Source: Raillietiella orientalis (lineage: Eukaryota). From it: DNA of 64,000 nt. Positions within the stretch are counted from its first letter, which is position 1. Each line of letters begins with the position of its first letter. The notes beneath the pieces are model-generated. The model ran no database searches. It worked only from the letters and a program-made list of their open reading frames with translations, and had not been told where the DNA came from. Shown piece after piece: positions 61,540-64,000 of this stretch. The position numbers and the translations under genes are program-made. The DNA is taken from contig JAYWIR010000004.1 of the NCBI GenBank assembly GCA_036172245.1, forward strand, positions 310,001 through 374,000, written 5' to 3'.

Positions 61540-63346
61540 TCACGACGCCGAGGTGGAGCTCACCGAGTCGCTCGTCGTGGCACCGCCTGCCCTGGAAGAC
61601 ACGCGTAGGTATGAGCGAAGGACGCAACCTGCACCGGCGCCACCCCTAACTAGAGGGCCGCGTGCCCGCTCTGTTCCACCTCACGATGGACCCGAGAGGA
61701 GGACGGGAGGGAGGGAGGGAAGAACGGGAAGGAGACACTTCTCCTCCGACACACGCCATCCGGTTTCGCTCTGGAGTCTTCACGAGCCTTCGGACATCAT
61801 CTAGGAAACGTTCCGGAAAGTAGGGAGGAAAAGCAGTAGGTGCAGATCTTCCTCCGGTTCAGTCTCTTTCTTTCTCGACTTCGGCATTGAGGCTGCTCTG
61901 GTCTCCAGGAAGCGGTGCTCTGGGGCGCTCCGCGGCAGGCTGGTGCAACCCACAGTTGAAGCCAGCGCCATGGTCAGGGGGTGCGCTTCTTCCCTTCCTC
62001 GGTGGAAAGGATCTGTGGTCGCGTGGACAGGGACCACAAGGGTCGGAAGGACCCTCTGAGAGGAAAGGGTGGACAGTATTAGCAAAGGTAGATGAAGAGC
62101 ACTCTGAACCACAGGGATCTTTCCCTCTCCGACCTCTGGTCGCGCGCTTTACCCAGGAACGCCGCAACTCCGTCCGCGTTTCCTGGAAACCTATCCGAGT
62201 TCTTCTTTGCCTTGTCTTTTTCAAAGAAACCTGCGAAACTCACTCGATCGGTGGACAATGTGGATGGTTTGTGGATCGAGGAGGGGGGGAACTCTTTTTC
62301 CCGAGGAAAGGAAGGGACCTTGGCGCTGCGCTTTCGTGATCCCATGGAACCTGAGAGTCTCAGTAGACCCCGATGGGGGGATCCCTGGAGATTCCACTGA
62401 TCTTATTGGGCTCCCTTGAAGCCTAGCGCGCCAACGGGTCACAACCTTTCCCTCTCGGAGGGCAGGGTAAGGGAGGGGGGGGGGGGAAGCGAGTCGCGTG
62501 CGTCCTCGAGACACCTCTGCCTTTCCCTCATTCCCGTATGGGGCTGGGGAGCAGCAGACCATTGGGCGGCAGGAGCTTCGAAGGACAGGAGCAGGGGAAG
62601 GGGGGGGGGGGCGAATGCGTGATCCACAACCTCACCTGCTGGCCCGGATGCAGTTCTCTGGCCCCGCGCCGAACACACAGATGCCCCTCTCGCCGTCGAA
62701 GGTCATCTGGAATGGGCACCTTATCCTGAACCCGTAGCTTCCGATGCACACGAAGAAGTATCGGCAGTTGCCCAGATCCTGGACGACCCGGGGGAAGAGC
62801 GAGTCGTTGGGACACCTATTGGACGGTGCGAACAGGTACGGCGTCGTCGTCGTCTGTTGCGGCTGCCTGTTGTCCTCGGTGTTCAAGGAGACGGTTCCAT
62901 TGACAGCCTTGGGCGGCGGAGTCGCGGAAGTGGCTGCCGCTGCCTTGGTGGTGGCGTTCGATGCCGTCGCGTTGCCCTCGCCGGGCGACGGAGTCGCGGA
63001 GGTGGCTGCCGCTGCCCTGGTGGTGGCGTTCGGTGCCGTCGCGTTGCCCTCGCCGGGCAACGGAGTCGCGGAGGTGGCTGCGCTGCTGCTGTTGCTCCGG
63101 GTGATGTTAGCATTCTTCTCGAGAGCGTCCTTGGTTCCGCTTTCGCCACTTCCAAGCAAAGGTGGGCCCAAGGGCTGCGTCTCCATGTAGGGGGGCGCCT
63201 TCTCCTGGAAGCGCTGCGGCGCCGACGGTGGCACGATTTCGTTGCTGCCCTCTGGCAGGCTGTTATCGTGCTTCCTCAGCTTGGTGGCGGCAAACGCGGC
63301 CTCATGTTGCAAGGCCGCCCCCACGAGCATCACCAGCCAGAACGTC
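61540..63346 (-). CDS. Cluster gene G: secreted mucin-like peritrophin, signal peptide + S/T/A-rich repeats + single CBM14 (first exon probably beyond the window)
   Basis: Exon 63346-62636 (ttcaag|G ACG TTC TGG CTG...; TFWLVMLVGAALQHEAAFA; CPNDSLFPRVVQDLGNCRYFFVCIGSYGFRIRCPFQMTFDGERGICVFGAGPENC; AG|GTGAG). Tentative terminal exon 61591-61540 (AGGATTSDSVSSTSAS*) followed by AATAAA at 61427-61422. Confidence 0.8.
62913..63081 (-). repeat. Coding tandem repeat, 72-nt (24-aa) unit, ~2.3 copies
   Basis: AATSATPLPGEGNATAPNATTRAA / AATSATPSPGEGNATASNATTKAA / AATSATPPP; two N-A-T sequons per unit. Confidence 0.9.
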
Positions 63347-64000
63347 CTTGAAAGTGGCAGAAGTCAGAGAAAGGAAGTAGCGTGGCCTTCCTCCTGCGCC
63401 CGCTCGTACGATGACCCAGGACACCTCCGCTGTTGCCCTTGTTCGTTCGCGCTCACCCCCACCGCTCTCCTTTCCAGGCGGATTGGTTGAGAGGAAAAGA
63501 GTGAGGCATCGTCCCAGAAAGGACACCCCCTCCCTTTTTGAAAGATGCCTTCTAGCGGTACATCCACAGCGGCCATCCCAACTGTGGGCGTCCGGGGGGA
63601 TGAGCTGGAGAAACAGATTGCCTGAGGTTGACTGCGAAGTGCAGACATCTCGTGGAGGAAGCCGGGACGACGCCCTCCTCCTCCCTTCTCGCCTCTCGTG
63701 CTGCCACCGCCACTGTTGCCTCTTCGCGTGGTCGGCTGCAGAGGAGAACCGGGAGGTGCCCGGCCGGAAAAAGGGGTGCACATGCCTCCCGAGTCCTCAT
63801 CTCGGAACCACCATGAAGACTGTCACGAGGTGGACACAAATCGACTGCCGCAAAGGATCAGAAGGATCTTATGAGGCCCTAGGAGACCACCACCAACAGC
63901 ATCACTCTGAGAGGTGGTAAGAAACGACTCCCACCTTTCGAGTCACCAGACGGTAAAGAACCACCGTTACGTTGCTGGAAGGGTGGAACTTCAGTCGTTG

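Noticed and set aside
17200..64000. Hundreds of overlapping Arg/Pro/Gly-rich ORFs in the six-frame track (e.g. 34186-35325 +, 32986-33801 +, 47655-48401 -)
   Set aside because: Expected by-products of high GC or antisense shadows of real exons; no domain motifs or splice support.
1..64000. CRISPR arrays, tRNA/rRNA genes, prokaryotic operons
   Set aside because: No regularly spaced repeats or recognisable structural-RNA signatures seen; the DNA is intron-containing and eukaryotic.

Overview
Eukaryotic (invertebrate, probably arthropod/ecdysozoan) genomic DNA with spliceosomal introns, so most entries in the ORF track are spurious. The AT-rich left part (~1-16.5 kb) holds a 12-exon minus-strand gene encoding a compact SLF2/FAM178 (CANIN-domain)-like protein, several short inverted duplications, a decayed NifU/Nfu fragment that looks alphaproteobacterial (Wolbachia-like nuclear insertion), and decayed retroelement debris. 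The GC-richer right part (~18-64 kb) is a tandem cluster of seven predicted secreted chitin-binding (CBM14/peritrophin-A) genes, labelled A, B, F, C, D, E, G from left to right, plus at least one decayed copy. Six of them end in the same ~75-80 aa two-helix amphipathic domain that I cannot assign to a known family. They share one gene architecture: a 5-nt coding first exon (ATGAG|GT), phase-2 introns and, in most, an AATAAA close to the stop. Gene models were assembled by hand from splice-site and reading-frame phase. Family assignments come from motif recognition, not from searches.
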